From IMG/VR virus record IMGVR_UViG_3300027365_000008: 62,834 bases of DNA; one strand, written 5' to 3'. The DNA is from a virus (taxonomy: Duplodnaviria > Heunggongvirae > Uroviricota > Caudoviricetes). Of this stretch, positions 1-7,225 are shown piece by piece; positions within the stretch are counted from its first letter, which is position 1; every line of letters starts with the position of its first letter. The notes under the pieces were generated by a model. The model searched no databases and was not told the origin of the DNA. It saw nothing but the letters and a program-made list of their open reading frames with translations. Made by a program: the position numbers and the translations under genes.

Positions 1-1
1 A

Positions 2-58
2 TTCATCCCCCCCCCCCGAGCTTCGCTGCGCTCGCTCCCCAGCGGGGGCTTGTTAGAT
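2..58 (-). repeat. Copy 1 of a ~58-bp GC-rich inverted repeat (partner at 4624-4681)
   Basis: Reverse complement of 19-58 is identical to 4624-4663 (40 bp: atctaacaagcccccgctggggagcgagcgcagcgaagct). Both copies continue with a poly-G tract and atgaa. Confidence 0.9.
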
Positions 59-160
59 TTTATTAGTAGAAATGGGATTGGATTTTGCCCCAGCAAATAG
101 AATTAGATCAATACTATGGCGATAGCCTAAGATGATTACACGTTGAAGAGTTATAGAAAT

Positions 161-190
161 CCCCTATGAGTCGTGAGATACCCATAGGGG
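161..190 (-). terminator. Probable intrinsic terminator of the tail tube gene
   Basis: cccctatg (161-168) / catagggg (183-190) stem downstream of the minus-strand tube gene, followed by a T-rich stretch on the minus strand. Confidence 0.55.
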
Positions 191-224
191 ACATTGGGAG
201 GGTCTATAAGCTGATGATCAGCCG

Positions 225-740
225 TTATGCGGCTTCATAGAGGTTGGAGTCAAAGCTGAAGGTCACTTCAACCGTCATATGTTCGCTGGAATCATAACTC
301 ATCTGAATGTCACCAATGGTAGTCGGGAACACAGCAGTCAGACGGTGTTGACCAGTGAGGGTGGTTGAATCATGAGCGAATTGCTTGATGACCATCTCAA
401 CTGAATACAGGTCGCGTGCTACACCACCACCAGTGATGCTATTGGAGATACCGTTCTCCATCCAGTCCTTGAAGAAGGTATAGACGGTGTGTGCTTCGTC
501 GTCCCAAAAGGTCACGGTTGCGGTATGACCAGAAGCATCGCGCCCCGCGTAGAGGGCTTTGCGGCCTTTGTAGTTGATCTCAATCGTCTCAACCGAGGTT
601 TCGGGGATACTGGCGGACTGGACCCGTTGGGTCAGCAGGGGCACATTGCCGGTAGTCACATTACCAAGGATTTCAACTTCGTATTCATAGGCGCGCTGCG
701 GCGGCGTACCAGATGAACGGATGTCTTGAATACTAGCCAT
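225..740 (-). CDS. gp19: Tail tube protein (T4 gp19-like)
   Basis: 171 aa with gp19-type motifs (VQSASIPETSVETIEINYKGRKALYAG, TVTFWDDE, QMSYD, VTFSFD); strong SD; downstream of the sheath gene. Confidence 0.85.
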   Translation of the reverse strand: MASIQDIRSSGTPPQRAYEYEVEILGNVTTGNVPLLTQRVQSASIPETSVETIEINYKGRKALYAGRDASGHTATVTFWDDEAHTVYTFFKDWMENGISNSITGGGVARDLYSVEMVIKQFAHDSTTLTGQHRLTAVFPTTIGDIQMSYDSSEHMTVEVTFSFDSNLYEAA

Positions 741-767
741 TACATTTCTCCTACATTTGAAGGTTTG

Positions 768-781
768 TGATTGTATTTATC
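768..781 (-). promoter_or_regulatory. T4-type late promoter for the tube gene (gataaatacaatca)
   Basis: TAAATA core; the same 14-mer occurs at 4481-4494, and taaatacaatca at 51688-51699. Confidence 0.65.
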
Positions 782-805
782 GGAGAAAGGCAAAAGGGAG
801 GAAAA

Positions 806-825
806 TGAATACAGGGGAGGTATCG
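806..825 (+). repeat. Dispersed motif TGAATACAGGGGAGG (copy 1)
   Basis: Exact 15-mer also at 53561-53575 (inverted) and 53698-53712; variant at 5520-5539. Confidence 0.75.
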
Positions 826-829
826 TCTA

Positions 830-858
830 TTGCTAAATAAACCGGCGTGTGAGACAAT
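830..858 (+). promoter_or_regulatory. Candidate sigma70-type promoter for the endonuclease gene
   Basis: TTGCTA-17 nt-GACAAT with an extended -10 TG, about 30 nt upstream of ATG 889. Confidence 0.45.
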
Positions 859-888
859 GGATTTTTACCTACAGCCAGTGAGGACAGT

Positions 889-2697
889 ATGTACGACGAT
901 CTGAAGCGATACCTTGAGGACCACGGATACCCGAACGGTAGGGAACTCATGAACGCCAAGCACAAAGCCTTCAAAGCAGCGGTAATGGAAGCAACTTCAT
1001 TTGTCAATGACATGAAGCGCAAACCGCCTTTCGCACTTCGCTTGCATTGTATCGAGAAAGGCATCACCGCCATCCCCCTCTGTATTCATTGTGGTGAGAA
1101 TGAGGTGTCGTGGAACCAAGTTCAGGATTTCGATGGTGTGTACAAAAAGGTCTTTGCAAAGTTCTGTTCATCGAAATGTTCTAATAGGAGTGAACAGACT
1201 ATTGCGAAGAAGCATAAAACGCTCAAGGACAATTATGGCGGACCATCATACCTGTGTTCTGAGGAAGGGAAGAAACGCTACGCAGATAGCATACAACGCA
1301 ATCTGAAAGCAAAAGGAATTGATGATCCATCGATAACTCACCCATCCCAACTTCCTTGGTACAAGGAGAAGTACCGAAAAACCTGCATGGAGCGTTATGG
1401 CGCTGACGATTACATGAGGTCCGAGGAAGGCAAAGAACGTGTCAGGAAGATCGTCAGGGAGCGCTATGGTGTGGACAACGCCATGCAGTGTGAGGACGTT
1501 GCAGAGCGCTCCTTGAAGCTGTCTGACGGCACCTATCGTGTAGCTTCCCCGGAAACAAAGGCCAAAATCAAATCATCTTTCGAACGATTTGAGGGCGGTC
1601 ATCCGATGCGCGATCCGAAGATCAAGTGGAAGATCACACAAAGTAACCTCGCCAAGTATGGTGTGGAATCGCCGTCTCAGCGTCATATATCGGAAAGGGC
1701 TATCGCTATCCTGAGTGACAAGGAAAGCATGGAGCAAATGATTGAGGAACATACGTTCCTATCGAATGTTGCCGATGAGTTGGGGGTTTCGTTCTCGGCG
1801 GTTCAACGGTCAGCAGCCAATCTTGGTATACCCATCAAACAAACGACCTCAAAATCCGAGGACGATCTGGCTGATTTGATTTCCGGTTGGGGATTTGACA
1901 TCGTTCGTAACACTCGGGAACCCCTTCGTGAATACAGAAGGGAGGTCGATATTTTCATTCCAGAAGCGAATCTGTGCGTCGAGTTCAATGGTGTCTACTG
2001 GCACAGTGAGATTTACAAGGCTAGGGACTATCACCAACGCAAATCCCTTGCGGCCCATGAATCGGGCCTTTCCATGGTTCATGTGTGGGAAGATGATTGG
2101 AATGATCCAGTCAAGCGGGAGATCATCATCAAGAAGATCAAATCCAAACTGGTTGGTGGGGATGAACGTGTATTCGCCCGTAAGTGTGTTGTTGAGGAAA
2201 TCGACACCAAGGAAGCAAAAGCCTTCTATGAATACAATCATATTCAAGGTCATGTTAACGGAACACGATACATCGCACTGCGTCATGGGGGTAACATCGT
2301 TGCATGTGTTACATTCAAAGACACCGGCAACGGGGTCTTTGATCTGTCGCGCTATGCCACGTCCGTTCACGTCATCGGTGGACTTGGAAAACTGATGAGT
2401 TATTTCAAGAAGACCTATGACCCTTCCTCTGTATTCACTTTTGCCAGCCTAGACTACAGCAACGGGAATCTGTACGAGAAGACCGGGTTCACGCGCCAGC
2501 ATGTGACACCTCCCAACCTATGGTATGTCAAACAAGGCTCAGATAAGCGTCTCAACCGACATCTCTTCATGAAGCATAAGCTGAAAGACCGATTAGACGT
2601 GTTCGATGAATCGTTGACAGAGAGTGAGAATATGAGAATGAATGGATTCTACCGAATCTATGACAGTGGATCGATCAGATACGAAATGACATTCTAA
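889..2697 (+). CDS. Free-standing homing endonuclease-like protein (Cys motifs, KYG repeats, HTH, PD-(D/E)XK nuclease, C-terminal GNAT-like domain)
   Basis: CxxC motifs (CIHC, FCSSKC); repeated (E/K)(R/K)YG(V/A)D motifs; HTH-like VADELGVSFSAVQR; nuclease core EVDIFIPEANLCVEFNGVYWH; lies antisense between sheath and tube. Confidence 0.7.
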   Translation: MYDDLKRYLEDHGYPNGRELMNAKHKAFKAAVMEATSFVNDMKRKPPFALRLHCIEKGITAIPLCIHCGENEVSWNQVQDFDGVYKKVFAKFCSSKCSNRSEQTIAKKHKTLKDNYGGPSYLCSEEGKKRYADSIQRNLKAKGIDDPSITHPSQLPWYKEKYRKTCMERYGADDYMRSEEGKERVRKIVRERYGVDNAMQCEDVAERSLKLSDGTYRVASPETKAKIKSSFERFEGGHPMRDPKIKWKITQSNLAKYGVESPSQRHISERAIAILSDKESMEQMIEEHTFLSNVADELGVSFSAVQRSAANLGIPIKQTTSKSEDDLADLISGWGFDIVRNTREPLREYRREVDIFIPEANLCVEFNGVYWHSEIYKARDYHQRKSLAAHESGLSMVHVWEDDWNDPVKREIIIKKIKSKLVGGDERVFARKCVVEEIDTKEAKAFYEYNHIQGHVNGTRYIALRHGGNIVACVTFKDTGNGVFDLSRYATSVHVIGGLGKLMSYFKKTYDPSSVFTFASLDYSNGNLYEKTGFTRQHVTPPNLWYVKQGSDKRLNRHLFMKHKLKDRLDVFDESLTESENMRMNGFYRIYDSGSIRYEMTF

Positions 2698-2700
2698 AAG

Positions 2701-2723
2701 AAAGCCCCGCTTGGCGGGGCTTT
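2701..2723. terminator. Bidirectional intrinsic terminator between endonuclease and sheath genes
   Basis: aaagccccgc-ttg-gcggggcttt flanked by A and T runs, between convergent stop codons. Confidence 0.85.
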
Positions 2724-2727
2724 TTGC

Positions 2728-4206
2728 TTACTTACCGAAGGAGAGGGATACCCCAGTCCGGGTAACGATAGTGCTGACACGCACGTACTCGGCTGTTTTA
2801 ACAGGCTGCACGTAAACATCAACCATCAGTTCGTTGTTGTCAATCGCCTGTGGCGTGTTGATATCCGTCGAGGTATCAACAGCGAAGCCATACAGACCAC
2901 CACGAACCTGAATGGATTCAAGGAAGCTGGACAGAAGGAAGTTGACCGCATTCCGGGTGTATTCAGTATTGGGTTCGAACACAAACGGCTTGAGGGCTTC
3001 TTTCATGCGCTCATTGATCCACAGCAGACTCATGACCACGTTGGCACGATCAAGGGCACTGGCAGCCATCTGAAGCGATTTCTGACCGAAGATAACAGCA
3101 TTGACACCGGGGAACGAGGTAACGGGGTTGATGCCGTTGTTGTAGAGCATGTCACGCTCACCTTCATTCATGACCTTGGTCACGCCCAGCGTGCTAGGAA
3201 TGACACCACGACGCATACCAGCCGGAGCGTCCCAACGCTCATAGTTGGTTGCCGTATCAACGAAGGCAGCCGCCACGTCGCCAGACGGAGGGATCGTCAC
3301 TTCACGGTCGTTGTACTGGTCATACACCTTCAGCCAACCGCCATACAGACCACCGAAATAGGTATCGGCACCCAACTGGGTGTTGCGATAGTCAATCATG
3401 TCCTGAATGCTGGATGCAGCAGACTGGGGTACATCGAGAATGGCATAAGCATCAAAACGAGTGTCAGCCACTTCCAGCATCTTGCTCTGGACAGAAGGAG
3501 CGGTCCAACCTGCATTGATCAGAAGCTGGGCTTCGACATCTTCTTCATTCTTGAACTCATCCCATGCAGTCATGATGTCACCAGAGGTCGGAGCCACGGT
3601 GTCATCGGCACCACCAGACAGGTTGATAACAGCACTCATGTTATACGGCGCAGTGATAGTCGGGTTGTCCTGAACCTGAATGAACTCAGACTGGTTATTG
3701 ATGACATCCTCGATGAAGATGTTGTTGCCATAACCATTCTTGGCATCCGGGTCACGACTTACGCTGAATTGCTCAACCACCTGTCCGTCTTCCTTCACAA
3801 CCACGCCGAAAACGCCCGTAGGGGCACCCACAATGGTCGCAAACTCGACAGTGATGGCATTGCCCCATGCACCCTCGTTCGCCGCTTCTACGGTCAAATG
3901 GGGGACGGGACCAGAATTTGGGTCAGGCAGATCGCCAGTTGCCAGCGTAGCGTCATTGATCACGCGACGAACACTAAGAATTCCAGCACGATTAAGGAAG
4001 CGCAGAGCGCAATACAGAGACGGGTTATCACGACTCGGAAGACCGTACTGACGAATGAATTGTTTTGCAGAAGTCACAACATTGACTTCAGTGGGGCCAC
4101 GCTTTGCTGACACGACAATGCCACCAGCAATCACGCCACCGCCACTAACCACGAAGGATTGATCTTCAATCCTGTTATACACACCCGGTGAATTTCCAAA
4201 AGACAT
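2728..4206 (-). CDS. gp18: Tail sheath protein (gp18-like)
   Basis: 492 aa; N-terminal SPGVYNRIEDQS; C-terminal WDAPAGMRRG, LYNNGINPV, FVFEPN, VDVYVQPVKTAEYV. Confidence 0.92.
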   Translation of the reverse strand: MSFGNSPGVYNRIEDQSFVVSGGGVIAGGIVVSAKRGPTEVNVVTSAKQFIRQYGLPSRDNPSLYCALRFLNRAGILSVRRVINDATLATGDLPDPNSGPVPHLTVEAANEGAWGNAITVEFATIVGAPTGVFGVVVKEDGQVVEQFSVSRDPDAKNGYGNNIFIEDVINNQSEFIQVQDNPTITAPYNMSAVINLSGGADDTVAPTSGDIMTAWDEFKNEEDVEAQLLINAGWTAPSVQSKMLEVADTRFDAYAILDVPQSAASSIQDMIDYRNTQLGADTYFGGLYGGWLKVYDQYNDREVTIPPSGDVAAAFVDTATNYERWDAPAGMRRGVIPSTLGVTKVMNEGERDMLYNNGINPVTSFPGVNAVIFGQKSLQMAASALDRANVVMSLLWINERMKEALKPFVFEPNTEYTRNAVNFLLSSFLESIQVRGGLYGFAVDTSTDINTPQAIDNNELMVDVYVQPVKTAEYVRVSTIVTRTGVSLSFGK

Positions 4207-4249
4207 TTAAAACTCCTTGACTGTTTTAACTGGTAATGTGGCTTCAGAC

Positions 4250-4453
4250 TTACTCTGAGGTCTTACTGGTGGAACGTGTAGTTGTACGCTTCGTGGTATC
4301 TTCAACTTCAACTACCTTGATACCGTCTTCTGCACGGGCAGCTTTATCATCACTTTCGATGGACTGACCACGCATGAGGAACTGAGTTGAACCATCACTG
4401 AAATGAACAGCACGAAGTTCAGACGTATAGTTCGTATATCGTTTCTTTGACAT
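4250..4453 (-). CDS. Small hypothetical late protein upstream of the sheath gene
   Basis: ATG at 4453 (MSKKRY) with GGAGA SD, under the late promoter at 4481-4494. Confidence 0.65.
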   Translation of the reverse strand: MSKKRYTNYTSELRAVHFSDGSTQFLMRGQSIESDDKAARAEDGIKVVEVEDTTKRTTTRSTSKTSE

Positions 4454-4480
4454 AGTTCTGTCTCCCAAATGGATTAACTT

Positions 4481-4494
4481 TGATTGTATTTATC
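4481..4494 (-). promoter_or_regulatory. Late promoter for the small gene/sheath operon
   Basis: gataaatacaatca on the minus strand, identical to the tube promoter. Confidence 0.65.
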
Positions 4495-4623
4495 AGGAGA
4501 TGAAATAATCCAAGCACTATGAATAGGAATCATTCTTACATGAGTATAGGACTCAAATGACTCAATAATGCGTTTGCCAATGTTATTAAATGAGAATAAT
4601 AATCGTTTACCATTGTTAATAAT

Positions 4624-4681
4624 ATCTAACAAGCCCCCGCTGGGGAGCGAGCGCAGCGAAGCTTGGGGGTGGGGGGATGAA
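4624..4681 (+). repeat. Copy 2 of the ~58-bp inverted repeat, next to an AT-rich tract (4500-4623)
   Basis: 40-bp perfect inverted match to 19-58, then a G tract with small differences. Confidence 0.9.
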
Positions 4682-4682
4682 A

Positions 4683-4708
4683 ATAGATATATCTTGATGT
4701 CAAATCCC
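4683..4708 (+). repeat. 26-bp motif atagatatatcttgatgtcaaatccc (copy 1)
   Basis: Exact copy at 52714-52739. Confidence 0.85.
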
Positions 4709-4718
4709 ATATTCGCAC

Positions 4719-4727
4719 CATAAATAC
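4719..4727 (+). promoter_or_regulatory. Late promoter (cataaatac) for the plus-strand tail module
   Basis: TAAATA core about 40 nt upstream of ATG 4764. Confidence 0.55.
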
Positions 4728-4763
4728 CCGATGAAACGAGACATACATAGGAGCAAGCCGTAA

Positions 4764-5366
4764 ATGGGATTTGATCTAATTTCATCTGGTAAGAAGATGC
4801 TGGGGTCTGTTGGCAGGATGGCAGGTAACCAGAATGGGGATAGTCTGTTGGGTACAGTGGGGAATGTGGCCAAGGGGGTGTTTCGACCCACAGGAGAACC
4901 CCAGAAAGCATACATGTGGGAAGTGGTGTTCTTGGATGGGTTCTCATCACGCATCACCTACTATGCCAGTGACGTAGCCCTGCCTTCCCATACACAGAGT
5001 CAGATTACCCGATACGTCCAGAACAAGCCGGTGAAGTACCCCGGCAAGGACAATTCGCCGAATACCTGTCGCATCACGTTTTGGGACGATCAGGACTTGA
5101 CCTCATATCGCTTCTTCGTGGAATGGTACCGCGATATGAACACTGCCCTAGAAGGCCGCAGGAAGCGCCCAGAAGGCTACAAGCGGTCCATTCGACTCAA
5201 CCTCAAGGATACGTCTGATTTCCTCATAGACGAGGCTGTGACGCTTTCTGGATGCTTTCCCGTCGAGATCAGCCCGGCACAGATGAGTTATTCGTCCAGC
5301 GAAGTCTTCACCTTCGATGTGGACATTGCGTTCGACACCAAGCAACTCGGCAATGGGGGTATCTAA
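4764..5366 (+). CDS. Tail tube-fold protein (gp19/gp54-like tube initiator)
   Basis: DVALPS, VKYPGK, ITFWDDQD, FFVEWY, GCFPVEIS, QMSYSS, FDVDIAFD parallel the tube protein motifs. Confidence 0.7.
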   Translation: MGFDLISSGKKMLGSVGRMAGNQNGDSLLGTVGNVAKGVFRPTGEPQKAYMWEVVFLDGFSSRITYYASDVALPSHTQSQITRYVQNKPVKYPGKDNSPNTCRITFWDDQDLTSYRFFVEWYRDMNTALEGRRKRPEGYKRSIRLNLKDTSDFLIDEAVTLSGCFPVEISPAQMSYSSSEVFTFDVDIAFDTKQLGNGGI

Positions 5367-6115
5367 TGGCTTCGCGGATTCTTGACTATACACAACGTAA
5401 GAACGATCAATCACCTCAGTATGATTATCTCTGGCGAGTGGAAATGCCTATCATTTCATCCCATCCCATCGACCCCACCTCGGGTAATGTGATGTCGGGC
5501 GGTGGCCTCTATGGAAAAGTGAATACAGGGGGAGTATCGCAAAAACGCGATGAATCGGCGTCAGATGCAGATGAGATTAATCATCGGGTGCATTCGATTG
5601 AGGTTCCGTTTTACTCTTTTGATACCCAGAAGGTGAACGGTGCGCCCGGATACATCTACACGGCCCATCACCGTGACCTCGGTGCCATCACCGTGACCCT
5701 CGATGAGTATGAGGACGGCAGGACTCTCAAGTACATCAATGACTGGACCCATTTGGTTGAGAACCCAGATGGAACTTTTAACCCGCCAGCATTGTACAAG
5801 AAGACGATTAAATACTATCGCATGTCCAGTACGAACATCGATCTTCATGTGAGTTACTATGAGGGATTCTTCCTGACTAATGTGGCAGCATTGAGTTCAT
5901 CACAAGAGAGTGATGGAATCATGCAGTATTCGTTGACCCTGACTGGGGATCGTGTCAAGCACAAGATCATTCCCGAATCGGAACTCATGCCTAAGATTGA
6001 AGCGGCGGAACGTGAGATTACGTTTGAACAGAGCAATCATTCCAAGTTCGTATTCGGTGACATGGATGGCATGACCAAATCCCGCATATTCAATCGCATC
6101 ATCGATTTCCTATAA
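5366..6115 (+). CDS. Second tail tube-fold protein (gp48/gp54-like)
   Basis: ATG overlaps the previous stop; YLWRVEMP, SIEVPFYSFDT, ITVTLDEYED, YINDW, YSLTLTGD resemble tube-fold strands. Confidence 0.55.
   Translation: MASRILDYTQRKNDQSPQYDYLWRVEMPIISSHPIDPTSGNVMSGGGLYGKVNTGGVSQKRDESASDADEINHRVHSIEVPFYSFDTQKVNGAPGYIYTAHHRDLGAITVTLDEYEDGRTLKYINDWTHLVENPDGTFNPPALYKKTIKYYRMSSTNIDLHVSYYEGFFLTNVAALSSSQESDGIMQYSLTLTGDRVKHKIIPESELMPKIEAAEREITFEQSNHSKFVFGDMDGMTKSRIFNRIIDFL
5520..5539 (+). repeat. Variant copy of the TGAATACAGGGG motif inside a CDS
   Basis: tgaatacagggggagtatcg versus tgaatacaggggaggtatcg at 806-825. Confidence 0.6.
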
Positions 6116-6118
6116 ATA
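6111..6118 (+). promoter_or_regulatory. Late promoter TATAAATA
   Basis: Perfect T4 late consensus upstream of ATG 6145. Confidence 0.7.
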
Positions 6119-6144
6119 GGGCGTGACAAAGGAGTAGCAATTCT

Positions 6145-7029
6145 ATGGCAACAAAGAAACCGACTCAGGCTATGTTTGAAGATGAGGATCAGCCTAAGCG
6201 TCGAACCACTCGGCGCAAAACCTCTCAACCGAAACAGGACAAGGAAGAACCGAAACAGGAATACGTTCCTGAATCGGATACATCCATTGAGTCCAGCACC
6301 ATGGTCATCGATCTGCCGTCTGGTGGATACCTTTGGTACCCGGCGTCTATCACCTGTCGTGATATTCTGGTCAAGGACGAGGAACTGTTGTCCACCGCGA
6401 CCACGGAGAACTATGCACGCACGCTCAACAGCGTTCTGAAGGGCATTCTCAACGACTGTGACTACTATGAGAAGATCGCTGTCAATGATCGTGACTGGCT
6501 GTTGGTTTGGATTTGGGCCAACAACTATTCCGCCATCAAGGAAGTGGAACTGACGTGTTCGAATCAGGAATGTTGGCATAAGTCCAGTCACAAGGTTGAT
6601 CTGACCAAACTCGATGTCAATGATCTCGATGAGAATGTAAAGGTGCCGCTCAAGATTCCCCTGTCCAAACAGCCGGGCAGTGCGATTGAGGTTCGTCACA
6701 ATATCGTTGCCGATGAGATCGAAGTGGAACAGTTCATGACCACCAAGGAAGGAAAGCAGTACGAATACGATTATCTGATGCGTATCGCTTCTATCGACAC
6801 CGGTATGAAGATGCCTATGCGCAGTAAGATTGACTGGGTTCGTGAGAATGTCACGGGTAAGGAAATGGCATTCGTTCGTAAGTATCACGATTACTTCAGT
6901 TTCGGTGTTCAACGCTACGTCGATTACAAGTGCCCCGCGTGCGGGGAGGTCACGCGGGGACCGCTGCCCTTTCAAGCAGAGGATGTTTTATTCCCAGCCG
7001 CACCAGATGGTTTTGAAGAACTGCTATGA
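6145..7029 (+). CDS. gp26: Baseplate hub assembly protein (T4 gp26-like)
   Basis: IDLPSGG, LVKDEELL, NDRDWLLVWIWANNY, ELTCSNQEC and YKCPACG Zn motifs. Confidence 0.75.
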   Translation: MATKKPTQAMFEDEDQPKRRTTRRKTSQPKQDKEEPKQEYVPESDTSIESSTMVIDLPSGGYLWYPASITCRDILVKDEELLSTATTENYARTLNSVLKGILNDCDYYEKIAVNDRDWLLVWIWANNYSAIKEVELTCSNQECWHKSSHKVDLTKLDVNDLDENVKVPLKIPLSKQPGSAIEVRHNIVADEIEVEQFMTTKEGKQYEYDYLMRIASIDTGMKMPMRSKIDWVRENVTGKEMAFVRKYHDYFSFGVQRYVDYKCPACGEVTRGPLPFQAEDVLFPAAPDGFEELL

Positions 7030-7168
7030 GTTGTGCAAGATTCTAAGAATCTCGCCGATTGACATTGGTCAGATGTCGGTGGCCAATGTTAGGTTCTTCA
7101 TAACCGAACTTGAAAAGGACATAAAGAACAAAGACCCGTATGTTCTCCCAAAAACCCTCTCGTTCTGA
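7007..7168 (+). CDS. Small baseplate assembly protein (T4 gp51-like)
   Basis: 53 aa overlapping the gp26 end; helical pattern LCKILRISPIDIGQMSVANVRFFITELEK; typical gp26-gp51 pairing. Confidence 0.5.
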   Translation: MVLKNCYELCKILRISPIDIGQMSVANVRFFITELEKDIKNKDPYVLPKTLSF

Positions 7169-7176
7169 GAGGGTTT
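7152..7176 (+). terminator. Intrinsic terminator
   Basis: aaaccctctc-gttct-gagagggttt followed by a T-rich run. Confidence 0.75.
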
Positions 7177-7183
7177 ATCTTTT

Positions 7184-7191
7184 TATAAATA
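7184..7191 (+). promoter_or_regulatory. Late promoter TATAAATA (second TAAATA at 7208-7213)
   Basis: Perfect consensus upstream of ATG 7226. Confidence 0.7.
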
Positions 7192-7225
7192 CCCAAGAAA
7201 TCGATCATAAATAGGGGATTTTCTA

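Noticed and set aside
4474-4950. Minus-strand 158-aa ORF across the divergent intergenic region
   Set aside because: It overlaps the tube-like gene antisense and runs through the repeat and promoter elements; no recognisable domain or SD.
6990-7168. Programmed -1 frameshift joining gp26 and the gp51-like ORF (lambda G/GT style)
   Set aside because: The downstream ORF is in the +1 frame, has its own ATG at 7007, and no canonical slippery heptamer is evident.
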